From Albugo candida (taxonomy: Eukaryota), in contig JBDOQK010000030.1 in assembly GCA_040437565.1 (NCBI GenBank), positions 186,001 to 250,000 on the forward strand: 64,000 nucleotides of DNA, in the 5' to 3' direction. How positions within the stretch are numbered: the stretch's first letter is position 1; every line of letters starts with the position of its first letter. The notes under the pieces are model-generated. The model was not told the origin of the DNA. It searched no databases and saw nothing but the letters and a program-made list of their open reading frames with translations. Below, piece by piece: positions 51,910-64,000 of this stretch. The translations under genes were made by a program, and so were the position numbers.

Positions 51910-53565
51910 ATGGAGCATGCGACACACATTCACACGGCTGAAACACAACTAGCCAACGTCCCCTCACTTGCGATTATGCCAGATCGAGTACCCCGAAGTG
52001 CACGCGGAGGGAGGAAATGGTTACACATTCTAACGACCGGTCGATCACAGTCCAGTTTCGATGTTTTGGAACATGTGCGCGATCAACCAATCGCAAGTGT
52101 ACAAAGATGCACTTTGTCGCTCACGCGTGACACTGACTGTAGTAAATCGCAACGCAAGGTGAAATCCAAGCTGAAAAGGCTGACCAGTTATATCACAACC
52201 GCAATGTCCTCTTCGAAACACAAGTCGGGGCCTCAGAATGATACCGCTGATACTCGTAGCGATACTAAACAGAATGAAAATGACCATCGATTTCGAAATA
52301 GATTTCAATCTGCACCCGAACTTTTATTATGGAAAAACTCCAACCGAGGTGCGCATTTATCGAACCTACCAGGGGTAGCGTGGGAGGATGTTTGTGATGC
52401 TACAGTCGCAATCAGCGAAGGAAGTAGCGATAGCGATAGTTTGCTTGGAGACGATCTGACTGCACTCACTCCAAATGAAGCCTTAATCAAGTCGACTCGG
52501 TTCACCTCGGAATACATTGAGCATTTATTTCACGAATTGGCGATTCAAGTAGAAAATGTGGCCGAGGTCGTTGAGATTTTGAATGCGCAATTTGGGACGC
52601 TTGAGATGGATATGATATCATTGGAAGCACATTTGGGTAATAAATTGATTGTACTTGTTGGAATTTTAATTTTTGAAGAACTTGGATATTGTGAGGATCT
52701 GGTGGATCGATCAATGTTACTCCAAGTATTGGAAGTCATTCATTCTCGTTATTCATCCCAGAATCCATTTCATAATGCTTGTCACGCGGCGGATGTCATG
52801 CATGGACTTTATGTTCTTCTTTCCATCACACATTTGAAAGAAAGCACGAGTCGACATAATCAATTTGCTGTCTTACTCGCTGCGGTGATGCACGATATTG
52901 AGCACGTGGGTCTCACCAACGATTTTCTTATGAAAAGCAAGCATCGAATTGCATTGGAAAATCCAGGAAAAGCTCCAATGGAGGAAATGCATGCAGTCAT
53001 TGCCGATAATCTCCTTCAAGATCCTCAGATAAATCTCCTCAACAGGTTGGATGACACTCAACGGACTCAAGTTTTGGAGGTCGTTGAGAGGACAATTTTA
53101 TCGACTGCTTTGTGTGTGCAACGTACACTATTGCAGGACGTGAAGCAATTGTGCGAGATGTGGCAAGTCAATGGTGGCGGAGATAAATGCCCTTTACCAT
53201 TTGACGATCAATTAGTGTTGCTGCGTTTAGCAATGCACGTGAGCGACATTGGACAGACTATGAAACCATTCCTCGTGCATCAGAAATGGGTATATAGGCT
53301 GAATGAAGAGCAATTCCTTCAAGGAGATATGGATAAGCGTATGCATCTGTTGATAACACCTTCCTCATGCGATCGGTCTCAATGGAACAAGAAACAATTT
53401 TTAGAGTCACAAATCGTGTTTCTGGAGCGATTTGCAGCTCCAGCAATTGAAACATTAAATCAGGTCCCTTTCGTGGAAGTTAATTATTTAGCGCAAAGTC
53501 TTTCGCGGAATGTTGCTCAATGGAAGCAACAACTAGAGGAATTTGCACTCGTAAGCGAAACGTGA
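51910..53565 (+). CDS. Class I 3',5'-cyclic nucleotide phosphodiesterase
   Basis: NPFHNACHAADV, HDIEHVGLTNDF, MHVSDIG, EEQFLQGD, ESQIVF. Confidence 0.92.
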   Translation: MEHATHIHTAETQLANVPSLAIMPDRVPRSARGGRKWLHILTTGRSQSSFDVLEHVRDQPIASVQRCTLSLTRDTDCSKSQRKVKSKLKRLTSYITTAMSSSKHKSGPQNDTADTRSDTKQNENDHRFRNRFQSAPELLLWKNSNRGAHLSNLPGVAWEDVCDATVAISEGSSDSDSLLGDDLTALTPNEALIKSTRFTSEYIEHLFHELAIQVENVAEVVEILNAQFGTLEMDMISLEAHLGNKLIVLVGILIFEELGYCEDLVDRSMLLQVLEVIHSRYSSQNPFHNACHAADVMHGLYVLLSITHLKESTSRHNQFAVLLAAVMHDIEHVGLTNDFLMKSKHRIALENPGKAPMEEMHAVIADNLLQDPQINLLNRLDDTQRTQVLEVVERTILSTALCVQRTLLQDVKQLCEMWQVNGGGDKCPLPFDDQLVLLRLAMHVSDIGQTMKPFLVHQKWVYRLNEEQFLQGDMDKRMHLLITPSSCDRSQWNKKQFLESQIVFLERFAAPAIETLNQVPFVEVNYLAQSLSRNVAQWKQQLEEFALVSET

Positions 53566-53849
53566 TACTGACGTCTAATTGAATTATAATATAAAATTTC
53601 GTCTCAGGATGTGATACGTTTTAGTTGTGTATCAATCGAGCGGACGCTGTTTCGCTCGTACCGAGTGAAAGCACAGCTTGGAATAAAATTCCATTGGTAA
53701 CTCATATAGCTCATTCAATACTCTCGGTATAATTTGATTGTGGAGCTGAATAAAGACAGCTTATCAAAACTTGGCAATTTTAATGACACACAACGACATG
53801 ATCTAATGTTTATAATCTACAAAATCACAAATGATAGGATACACGACCA

Positions 53850-55900
53850 TTAGTTTTTGGGAGCAGCTGCAGCATTGATCTGATCGTAATGTCTGATTTC
53901 TTCATTGATGCGAGCTGCAAAAAAAATCTGAGTATGAGGAGATACACTTCCAAACTTACGGACCTTTTACTTCGTCTTTTGTCATATGTACGTTTTCAAC
54001 ATCCATACTGAATAACGGCGCCCTGGTCGTCTATAAATACGGTTCAGACTATTGATCACCGTTTCATACTAATATTGTCACGTACATCTTGAGCACGACG
54101 AACCGAGTCGAGAAAGGGGTGATTTAAAGCGTCCGCCACACTAATTCTCATTTCAGGGTTGAATAAAAGCATTTGTTTTAGCAAATCAAGTGAGTCTGCT
54201 GGTGCTCCTGGGTAAATTTCTTGAAGATTACGAGGTTCTTTCTTTGGAAGCTTCCGTAAGTACTGTTTCACTTCACCCAAACTGCCAATGTCACTTTCAC
54301 TTGGCGTTCCAATAACATTAAAGATCACATTAAGCTGATCCAATTTATCTGAAAAAGTTGTAGGGCGATCCGCACTTAGCGGAAAACAAGAACGTCCCGG
54401 AAATAGCGGGACACGTTCTCGATAGCGTGGATAACTTTCGACCTGCATGCTCAGCAGCTCGGCAAAAATACAACCAATGCTCCACATATCCACTTCAAAG
54501 CTGTAATCCTGAAGGAGAATGAGTTCTGGAGCTCGATACCATCGCGTGACCACATGCTTTGTGAGCTGACGGCGAAAGACGCGTGATCCGTCCGGAGTCG
54601 ATCCAGAAGAAGAAGCTGGGGAGGTCGTGGACGATGAATAATCTGTGACAGGCGACTTTGTATCCAACATGAATTGATTCTGTTTCGTATCAGATCCAAG
54701 ATCAGTATCCATAATCCGAGACAATCCAAAATCACAAATCTAGAGTAACCATCGGATATTAGAATTCAGCAAATGACTCTCAAATGGGATTAGAATACCA
54801 TCAACGTGCAATCTTCATTTAGGAGAATGTTGGCCGGCTTGAGATCTCGATGAATGACATTTGCCGAATGGACATAGTGTAATCCACATAGTAATTGGTA
54901 AAGGAAGACTTGAATATGTCGAATGGTTAGATACTGCGGACTCATTATAAGTTTGTGAAGGTCGGTATCGACAAATTCAAACACCAGATACAGCTCGTTG
55001 TACGATTCTTCATTTTCCGGAGCGAGTACATTTAGCAATTTGATCACTTGTGCATGACTATACAAAATTTGATGAGACAGGTTATAAAGTAAGAGCGTGT
55101 GACAATGCTTACTTGAGATGGCGTAGTATATATATTTCACGGTATAACCGTTTGGTGTCGATTTCTTGATCAAAAACATTTGCTATTTTTTTAATTGCGA
55201 CTTTTTTCTGTGTGTGCGAATCGTACGCTTCGGCAACTTGACCGTACGAGCCTTTTCCGAGTATACGAACGAGACGATATCGATCGGGTAACATCCAATT
55301 ACTAAAGTTACGTAAATTTAATGGCGCCGCTCTTCCTATTGGAGACGGTGTGGTTGACGTTGTCGTACTTGTGGCGGACGAAGGAAAGTTGGTTGTGTCT
55401 TTCCGATCTTCTGTCTCACAGTTGGTTGTGTTATCGGTAACCTGCTCGGTCATTGAGCCTGAGTTTTCAGACTCTGTAAATTGAACCTCGGTCGGCGTTT
55501 GATCAAAGCCGTTTGGAGTGGAGTCGAATGCTGTACCACCACACATTGGGGTCGGTGGCATCGCAGTGACCGGAACGTGCGGTGTTGGAGCGACATCCGA
55601 GTGCACGATTGCGCACTGTGTCATGAGAGATTCCGCTGTATCGGAGTAATTCATAGCAGTAGAGAAGATGCTGCCTTGCTTTCGAGACAGCTTTACATCT
55701 CGTGCAGCTGATGGAGTTTCATTTGAGCTTTTTGAAACTAACAGATGCGTTTTGTGCACAACGGGAGTTAATAACTTCCGCTTTCGATTAAATGTTTCAT
55801 TTATCACAGTCGAAGCCGTGAGTGTGTCAACTTTAATGGAGGGAGACTCCACAATTGTTTGAGTATTTGATTGAAAGTCGCAGTTGTACGTTTCACTCAT
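53850..55900 (-). CDS. Atypical MAP kinase (TKH activation loop), 5 exons
   Basis: GKGSYGQV, VAIKKI, HRDLKPANIL, ICDFGLSR, QLTKHVVTRWYRAPE; long S/T-rich N-terminus. Confidence 0.93.
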
Positions 55901-57319
55901 GGTATCGAATATGAGATAATGTGTATGTGACTATGAGCGTGTGTCCACTCCTGCGATAAGAACGTGAGGATCTTAAACTCAGTGATTTTGACTTTCGTAT
56001 GTAAAATTTTTATAGCTCCCTCACGCTTTTATCCGATATGACTGGAATAAAAAGAAAAAGTATGGAAATAAAAGACTTGTTTGTTGAAGATTTGAATTTT
56101 ATCCAATCGAAGAAAAAAAGAACGATGTATGGTACCGAATGGTGCACAATAAGGGTATTTGATGCAAGGACATGAGGTCACAGATAGATAAGACGATCTC
56201 GGTCGTTTATAGCGAATAGTAGGATAGCAGTGGGAGGACGTCCTCTCATACTATATTGAGTACAGTCGCACGAATGTGAAAATAGATTTCGTCTGACTCT
56301 ATCTCTATTTTAATATGGAAAGACTACATTAGCAGCACCCGCAAGAATTGAAGTGATGTTAGCTTCCAGAGCTTCAGTTCAGTTGTGTCGAGATAGTAAA
56401 CCACGGCCGATTCTTGAGTATGATGAGCAAAGGCTGGAGGCCGGAGAATAACATTAGGCAATGCCATATGGCTTGTATTCTCATCTTCACCTATATATTT
56501 TACCTACCTAATAGTATGTTCTCAGTTTCTCACAGAAAAATTATATAGTATAATAGTGTGGTAGTGCAATGTCGTTAAATGGTGAGGTTGACTGATCCTA
56601 CTCGCTCAAATGTAGTAACTTTGCTACATTGGTTTTAGATACTTTACGTATTGAGATGCTCTTATACAATGCACATTACTAGTGGTCCACATATCGGAGC
56701 AAAAGACCACCCAACGGCACTAAATATCGACCATAGGGAATGTGCTTCCCCAAATCCAGGGAGAACGAGGGACTCCTAGCAAACTTTGAATATTTTGTCA
56801 CCACAAGCACTACTTTATCGTGCCGTTCGATTAAGTCACCTTTCACAATGATGTGAGATTTAAGTGGAACAATACCGAATAGATTGAAAGTGACTCTCAT
56901 ACGACCATGTGAGACATACTGTATATCATGCACGAACGTAGTTTACCACCGGCTACTGAAACGACCCGTAAAATAAAATACATCCAGACTCTCAGCACCA
57001 CCAATGCGGTGATATGGCTGGCAAGCCGTCATGGTTTCGTATGTCTAGCGGCATTCTCAATCTGACAGACCGAGAACTTAGCTATATGGCGAAAGTAGTG
57101 GTCTAGTGTCTACTTAAACATTAAAAAAGATAATCCTTTACAATAGCGGTTGCAAGCATGTTGTTGCGCACTTCTTCAATATTTTCCGTCTTACTGTATT
57201 GACTCAATTAGTGGTTTAATCTTACAGCATAACGTGCATAAGACGATCTGTCCGTCGTCATTGTCCAATGACAGTGTCTACCGTGCTCCTGTTATGTTAT
57301 AACAGTTCAATAACAGATC

Positions 57320-58832
57320 ATGTCGGCAGATTCCAAACAATTACGAGCATACTTTGTTAATGCCATCGCTTTACTTGGAGACTGGACTGCTCACGCGGAC
57401 GATGAAAATCGTCTATATTACTACAATTATAAGACAGATGAGTCTGTGTGGACTCCACCTACACCTGAATTGAAGCAAATAGAAGGAGATCTGATGATGA
57501 AACTCATGCTGACTTATTCAATCGCAAGATGTAATGATTGGACCGCACATGATATTGGAAATGGCATTTTATATTACTTCAACGAGAAATCTAGACTATC
57601 TACATGGGAAAGACCATCTGAATGGGACGATCGTGCTTTAAAGAATCATTGGGAAATGCAAGAGCAGGAAGTTAATTTGCGCATGGAAGTGCTATTAAAG
57701 CTTGGGAACACCGATATTAAAATTAAGGGGAATGAAAAAAGTAGCAAAGTCAAAAAGAAGTCAAAAACGGATCCGATTGCGACCAAAAAGCTTCCTCCAG
57801 CGCCAAGACCTGTCACACTCACCTCAACTCAGATCGAAAAATATCAAGCTATGTTGAGAGAGCACAAAGTGATGCCATTTACCAAATGGTCTGTGGTTTT
57901 GCCCCGCATAGCTTCTGATCCTCGATTTCTTTCCATTCCAACGCAAGTATCACTGTTAAACTTTTGTCATCAAAACCCTGATAAATTTCGTTTGTATGTT
58001 TGTATTCCAGAATGGATGCACGACGAAGCGAGTTTCAAAAATTCGTTGATAACCGACGTAGCGATTTGAAATCAGAAAAGAAGAAGAAGCTTACATCGGC
58101 TAAGATTGCTTTTCAGAGTTTTGTGACCTCCTACTTCGAAAATGCGTGGAACAAGTGGATCGACGGGGATAAAGCATACGAGCCGTGGAATGACAGCTTT
58201 CAAGTATTTCTAAACACTTTCAAACGGAGTGATGAGACACAATTACCAAAGGAATGCATTGATTTTTTACCAACCGCAAAGCAAGAAACTTTGTGGGTAG
58301 AACAGGTAACGTACACCTTAACAAGAGGCTTTATGATCTGCTCACGACCGATACCTTTACTTTTGTATAGTCACGTTTTTGGAAGGAAAAGCAACAGCGG
58401 TTTCAAGATGCTTCGAAACTTTTACAGTCAACCTTCTCGACTCGATTAAGTTCAACAACGCACTTTGATGACGAGCCTGTAAAAGAAATTCTCTGCTCCT
58501 TTTCAGCGAACGAAAATGCTGCACTTCTTACGAATAAAGTACGAAAAGCACTTTTCGACGCTTTTAAAAAAGAGAATGAGCGAGCGATAGAAGTGAAAAG
58601 TGATCGAGAGACAGCGGAGAAACAATCCGATGATAGACGGCGAGGAGATAGCCATCGTGGTCGAAGCCGTAATCGTCGTTCCAGATCTACTGAATCCAGC
58701 TCAACTACTTCCAGCAGATCCAGTAAAATGGTTAGATCGAGTGGAAGAAAAAAGTACCATAGGAACTCGCGGTCTGCATCGCATTCGCGATCTAGGTCGC
58801 GTCATCGGAAACGCAGATCGTATCATGCTTAA
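57320..58832 (+). CDS. WW/FF-domain protein with RS-rich tail (PRP40/TCERG1-like)
   Basis: Two WW domains (WTAH..YYYN...SVWTPP; WTAH..YYFN...STWERP), an FF-like YQAMLREHKVMPFTKWSVVLPRIASDPRF and a C-terminal RS repeat; two introns. Confidence 0.8.
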
Positions 58833-59065
58833 GTACGACATACTTAATGGAAAGTACGGTGCAAAAATCTGCTTAAATATTTCCATTACGACAGAAACGN
58901 NNNNNNNNNNNNNNNNNNNNNNNNNNNNNNNNNNNNNNNNNNNNNNNNNNNNNNNNNNNNNNNNNNNNNNNNNNNNNNNNNNNNNNNNNNNNNNNNNNNT
59001 CCATTACGACAGAAACGTTTGCGATACGTTTGCCTTCGGCAGTTTGAGCTTCTTTTTGGATCCAA

Positions 59066-61261
59066 ATGCATTACAAAACACATGTACCCGCGCGTATTTC
59101 TGTTGAGGACCATATGGCAGAAGTACGTCCAGCTAATTGTCCTAATTAAATCGCATTTAATGACATTTTTTATAATGGTGTATCGTAGACTCTTGCGTCT
59201 TTGGAGCTGATGGGACCACGCCAACGTCGAAATTTTCTCAAATTGTTTCGTAAATTCCTTAAAGTCCAAGAAAATTGGATCGACTGGTACGATTTGGTTG
59301 CTTGTCATTGAAGACCTGATCTTATGTGGTGCACACTAGGAACTCAGTTCGACCNNNNNNNNNNNNNNNNNNNNNNNNNNNNNNNNNNNNNNNNNNNNNN
59401 NNNNNNNNNNNNNNNNNNNNNNNNNNNNNNNNNNNNNNNNNNNNNNNNNNNNNNGCACACTAGGAACTCAGTTCGACCTCCTACTCCAGAAATGCTTTTA
59501 CCATTTGATACCTTGGAAGTATGCCCGGACGATGCAAGATTAAAGCATGAATTACTCGACAAGCTAGTGATACTGAAGCTGAATGGGGGATTGGGCACGA
59601 CGCTAGGCTGTCAAGGACCGAAAAGCGCAATCGAAGTGCGACAAGGTTTATCATTCCTGGATCTGACCGTACGACAAGTTGAATATTTGAACAGTTTATA
59701 TGGAGTGGATGTACCTCTTGTGTTGATGAACTCTTTCAACACGCATGAAGAAACAGTTCGAATTATCCGCAAGTATCGAATGCACAATTTAAGTATTCAC
59801 ACATTTAACCAGGTATGCTCTAATTCATGTTTGATACACTATATTACGCTTATGACGGCAGTGATAGAGCTGTTATCCGTTCATCGTGAAAGAAACAATG
59901 CTTCCGTATCCTTCGAAGAAATACGATCAGTCCGGTCGAGATAAATGGTATCCACCTGGCCATGGAGATGTCTATCATGCTCTTTTTGACTCTGGCTTGC
60001 TCGAAAATCTCATCAACCAGGTTTAGAATGGTCCCGAGTTCGATTCCCGGCGTTGCTTTATTTGTCATTTTTTAGGGCAAAGAGTATATCTTCATCTCGA
60101 ACGTGGACAATCTTGGAGCTACAGTCAATCTCACAATTCTCTATCATATGATCAACGAAGAATCCGAATTTGTTATGGAAGTGACCGATCGAACAAGAGC
60201 TGACGTACAAGGCGGAACACTCGTTTTATACCGAGACAAGCCGTACTTATTAGAGATGAGTCAAGTTCCTGCTCAACATGTAGAGGAATTCCGTTCCATC
60301 AATAGATTCAAGCAGTTCAATACCAACAATTTATGGGTAAAATTCCGTGCAATTCAAAAGCTTGTGGCTCAAGAGATTATCGATATTCCACCTCTCGTTT
60401 CGTATCGAACGATCAAGCAAAATAATGTAAAAGTACTGCAATTGGAGACAGCTGCTGGTGCAGCAAGTCATTTTTTCAAAAACTTTGTAGCGATCAGCGT
60501 GGCTCGATCTCGTTTTCTTCCAGTGAAATCATCGTCCGATCTGTTTTTGGTGCAATCCAACTTGTATCAAGTCAAGCACGGAAGTCTCGTGATGAATCCC
60601 GCACGTCAAATTCCATCCATTCCAATCGTGAAACTTGGACTAGAATTTCAAAGTGCTCAGCAATATAGCGAACGATTCGAAAAAGGAATTCCAAACATNN
60701 NNNNNNNNNNNNNNNNNNNNNNNNNNNNNNNNNNNNNNNNNNNNNNNNNNNNNNNNNNNNNNNNNNNNNNNNNNNNNNNNNNNNNNNNNNNNNNNNNNAA
60801 CGATCAAGCAAAATAATGTAAAAGTACTGCAATTGGAGACAGCTGCTGGTGCAGCAAGTCATTTTTTCAAAAACTTTGTAGCGATCAGCGTGGCTCGATC
60901 TCGTTTTCTTCCAGTGAAATCATCGTCCGATCTGTTTTTGGTGCAATCCAACTTGTATCAAGTCAAGCACGGAAGTCTCGTGATGAATCCCGCACGTCAA
61001 ATTCCATCCATTCCAATCGTGAAACTTGGACTAGAATTTCAAAGTGCTCAGCAATATAGCGAACGATTCGAAAAAGGAATTCCAAACATTCTCGAATTGG
61101 ATCATCTCACTGTCGCGGGTGATATCAAATTTGGTTCGGACATCACACTGAAGGGGACTGTCATCCTCGTTGCCAATGAAGGCTGCCACATCGATTTGCC
61201 GGATGGTACGGTACTAGAAGACCACGTAGTTACGGGAAATCTCCGCATTCTCGATCATTAG
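59066..61261 (+). CDS. UGP: UTP--glucose-1-phosphate uridylyltransferase
   Basis: KLNGGLGTTLGCQGPKS, LMNSFNTH, WYPPGHGD, NVDNLGA, LQLETAAG, RFLPVK; four introns and two gaps. Confidence 0.95.
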
Positions 61262-61412
61262 ATCAACTTCTTTTATGTGCTCTATGTATCTTGTCGTCTG
61301 CANNNNNNNNNNNNNNNNNNNNNNNNNNNNNNNNNNNNNNNNNNNNNNNNNNNNNNNNNNNNNNNNNNNNNNNNNNNNNNNNNNNNNNNNNNNNNNNNNN
61401 NNACACACCCGT

Positions 61413-63137
61413 ATGCCAGGATATATCCGCGCTATTTCTAGCGCTACAAATGCTCTCTACAGACGCAAATTGAGCCTCTCAGCAGGCGGATGCCTCTCTC
61501 AAGCGTCTTACCATCCGCTTAATGATTCTGATGAAACGAGGCGCACTAATACGCTCTCGGCATCCGATTATTGTCGCTTGATATTAGAGGCTAATGTGTA
61601 TGACGTCGCGCTGCAAACACCGCTCCACATTGCTCCTTCTCTGTCCAACAACCTCAAAAACACGATTTTATTCAAACGTGAGGATCTTCAGCCCGTTTTC
61701 TCATTCAAAATTCGCGGCGCATACAACAAAATGGCGAAATTAAGCGATTTGGAGAAAGCAAACGGTGTGGTTTGCTGTTCTGCCGGAAATCACGCACAAG
61801 GAGTTGCGTTATCTGCAAAGAAATTAGAGATTCCAGCGACAATTGTGATGCCATTAGCGACTCCCGAAATCAAATTGGAAGCCGTTAAAGAGCACGGGAA
61901 AGAGTTTGTGCGTATCGAATTATGTGGCAAGTCTTTCGATGAATCTGCTCAACGCGCACACGAAATCGTCGAGGAGGAGCATAAAACGATGATTCTTCCA
62001 TTTGACGATCCTTTGGTCATTGCTGGACAAGGGACAATTGGATTAGAAGTCTTACAGCAAGTCAGAATGATACCATCCGATGCGTTCGGACGAGAAACCA
62101 GTGGCTCGGATCGTCAGCTCGATGCAATTTTCGTCTGTTGCGGTGGAGGAGGAATGTTGGCGGGTATCGCTGCTTGGATCAAACAGATTCGACCGAGTGT
62201 TCGGGTTATCGGTGTGGAAGCGATTGATGCTCCTGGAATGACAACTTCGCTTGCGGCTGGGCGGAGAATTGCTTTACCGCATGTGGGGCTTTTTGCGGAT
62301 GGTGCGGCAGTCAAACTTGTTGGAGAGGAGACATTCCGATTGTGTCAAAAGTATGTCGACGAAATGATCACAGTATCGACTGATGAAATCTGTGCGGCTA
62401 TCAAAGCAACGTTTCAAGACACTCGAGTGATTTTAGAGCCGGCGGGAGCATTGGCAGTAGCTGGCGTTACGCAATATGTCAAAAGTAGAGCGCTGACTGG
62501 GTATACATTCTGTGCGATTACTTCTGGAGCGAATATCGACTTTACTCGTCTTCGATTCGTATCGGAGCGTGCGGACTCAAAGGAGACTTTGGTCTCTGTG
62601 GAAATTGATGAAGCTCCAAAAGCGTTGCAAATATTGCATGAGCGACTGCAACAAGCAAATGTTCGAGTGACTGAATTCAGTTATCGATATGTGAACCCTC
62701 AGATCCGACCTCAAGCACTTGTGTACATGTCGTTTCGAGCTTCTTCTTCGACGGATGCAAAACAAGTCATATCTGAAATGGTGAAACACTACAAAGTCAT
62801 CGACTTGTCTACGAATGAATTGGCCAAAGTGCATACACGTTACCTTTTGGGTGGGAAGGCAGCACCACCACATTCAGAGCTGCGTGAGTTGTTGTATCGA
62901 TTTGAGTTTTCGAATATCAGCGACGGACTTTCCAAATTTCTAAAATCACTTTCAGCCGATTGGAATATCAGTCTCTTCCATTACCGCAATTACGGAGCGG
63001 ATATCGATCGCGTTCTTGTGGGGTTCCAAGTTCCTCATTTCGAGGAGAAGAAGTTTTGTCGATTTTTGGATACGATCAAATGCGTGTACTACGAAGAAAC
63101 AGATAATTGTACCTATCGAAATTTCTTTTTGCCATAA
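61413..63137 (+). CDS. ilvA: Biosynthetic threonine dehydratase with transit-peptide-like N-terminus
   Basis: KREDLQPVFSFKIRGAYN, SAGNHAQG, GGGGM, ILEPAGALA, SGANI and the C-terminal regulatory domain (WNISLFHYRNYGAD). Confidence 0.96.
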   Translation: MPGYIRAISSATNALYRRKLSLSAGGCLSQASYHPLNDSDETRRTNTLSASDYCRLILEANVYDVALQTPLHIAPSLSNNLKNTILFKREDLQPVFSFKIRGAYNKMAKLSDLEKANGVVCCSAGNHAQGVALSAKKLEIPATIVMPLATPEIKLEAVKEHGKEFVRIELCGKSFDESAQRAHEIVEEEHKTMILPFDDPLVIAGQGTIGLEVLQQVRMIPSDAFGRETSGSDRQLDAIFVCCGGGGMLAGIAAWIKQIRPSVRVIGVEAIDAPGMTTSLAAGRRIALPHVGLFADGAAVKLVGEETFRLCQKYVDEMITVSTDEICAAIKATFQDTRVILEPAGALAVAGVTQYVKSRALTGYTFCAITSGANIDFTRLRFVSERADSKETLVSVEIDEAPKALQILHERLQQANVRVTEFSYRYVNPQIRPQALVYMSFRASSSTDAKQVISEMVKHYKVIDLSTNELAKVHTRYLLGGKAAPPHSELRELLYRFEFSNISDGLSKFLKSLSADWNISLFHYRNYGADIDRVLVGFQVPHFEEKKFCRFLDTIKCVYYEETDNCTYRNFFLP

Positions 63138-63193
63138 CACAAAATTGGAATATAAACAAAAAGTGTATTGAGTTAGGACTGTACGTCGGTTGA

Positions 63194-64000
63194 CTACATT
63201 CCATCATCGTCTTCGGTGAAGCCACGAGATGGGAGGAAGCCACGAGGACTCTTGGCTGCTGCTACTTGAGCAGGGTGCATGTTGGGACTATCTAAGCAAT
63301 CTTCGGAAAGTAGCGCTTGATCTTCCATCGGCATGTATTCGGCCAAAATACTGCGTACTTGCTCTCGCATTTGACTTTGTGTACGACGCCAGTATGCGTA
63401 TCCAGCGACAGCGACCGTTCCGCAGATAAATATCATAAGACCGAGGACTGATGTGAACGACATACCACTGTAACTTCCACCAGCTAAAGAGATTTTCGAG
63501 ATACCTCCACTTCGAATGCATTCCATGATTGTGGGCATTGTCTGGCTACCACACGTACAAACGGCTGGTGGATCATGAGGACCAAAACCGGCACAGATCA
63601 TGTGTAAAATATTGGGAAGATCGATGCGACCACGAGCGTGAACACCATCAACGTATAGTGCCGGAAGTCGAAGGATTTCAAGGGCAGTCTGTTCTCGAAG
63701 TTCTTCTTCTAGTAGTGGATTGATTTCATTGATTCGGATTCCGTATGGTTGCATGCATTTGTCGATAGCATTGACATCAATGTTCAAGCTCTTCATAACG
63801 TTTTCAGCACAAGTATGGTCACGAAATCGAATCTCATCTTGGCCACATGCTTGACCCGACTTTCTCACGTATGCCCACCACTTTTTAGCCATTCCTCCAT
63901 CTTCCTTTGATACATGCTTCCATAAGCATTTCCGTCGTAAGTTTTCGATAACAACGTCAGCACCCGACGCGCCACTTTCCGTGTCGTGCATTGGGGATGG
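63194..64000 (-). CDS. Vacuolar sorting receptor (VSR/BP-80-like), 3' part
   Basis: SGADVVIENLRRKC, WWAYV, ICAGF, a TM helix and the tail EQVRSILAEYMPME (YxxPhi). Runs off the window end. Confidence 0.88.
   Translation of the reverse strand, partial: PSPMHDTESGASGADVVIENLRRKCLWKHVSKEDGGMAKKWWAYVRKSGQACGQDEIRFRDHTCAENVMKSLNIDVNAIDKCMQPYGIRINEINPLLEEELREQTALEILRLPALYVDGVHARGRIDLPNILHMICAGFGPHDPPAVCTCGSQTMPTIMECIRSGGISKISLAGGSYSGMSFTSVLGLMIFICGTVAVAGYAYWRRTQSQMREQVRSILAEYMPMEDQALLSEDCLDSPNMHPAQVAAAKSPRGFLPSRGFTEDDDGM

Noticed and set aside
7657-61402. Apparent internal tandem duplications in many genes (TSAUCER-like, EF-hand, cyclin 3' end, NDUFS5, POC5, UGP)
   Set aside because: Each is an identical or near-identical overlap either side of a 100-N gap, i.e. 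unmerged contig ends.
50469-63137. Metabolic gene cluster (PSPH, UGP, threonine dehydratase)
   Set aside because: Different pathways interspersed with unrelated genes; ordinary compact gene order.

Overview
Eukaryotic, gene-dense genomic scaffold, most likely from an oomycete (Albugo-like: compact genes, ~50-nt GT-AG introns, oomycete-type Copia and MULE relics). The taxon is inferred, not proven. About 20 gaps of 100 N interrupt it, most with duplicated flanks that are assembly artefacts. Layout: (1) 1-16.2 kb is a transposon graveyard with a Copia relic, a Tc1/IS630-like element nested at a TA inside the TIR of a Ulp1-carrying MULE, a second Tc1-like relic, and a MuDR/SWIM MULE interrupted by a tRNA-derived SINE. 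(2) 16.3-26.2 kb holds genes: HIG1, a probable TSET-complex TSAUCER/TASH3 homolog, a dynamin-related GTPase, an EF-hand protein and RPS12. (3) 26.3-38.5 kb is TE-rich and contains MTAP. (4) 38.6-64 kb holds housekeeping genes: nucleoredoxin, CorA and RPT6 pseudogenes, an LxCxE cyclin, an SLC17-like MFS transporter, NDUFS5, RPT4, POC5, phosphoserine phosphatase, a PDE, an atypical TxH MAPK, a WW/FF protein, UGPase, threonine dehydratase and a vacuolar sorting receptor. Best leads: the TSAUCER-like gene, the SINE, the nested transposon history and the TKH MAPK. All family assignments are by eye; no searches were run.
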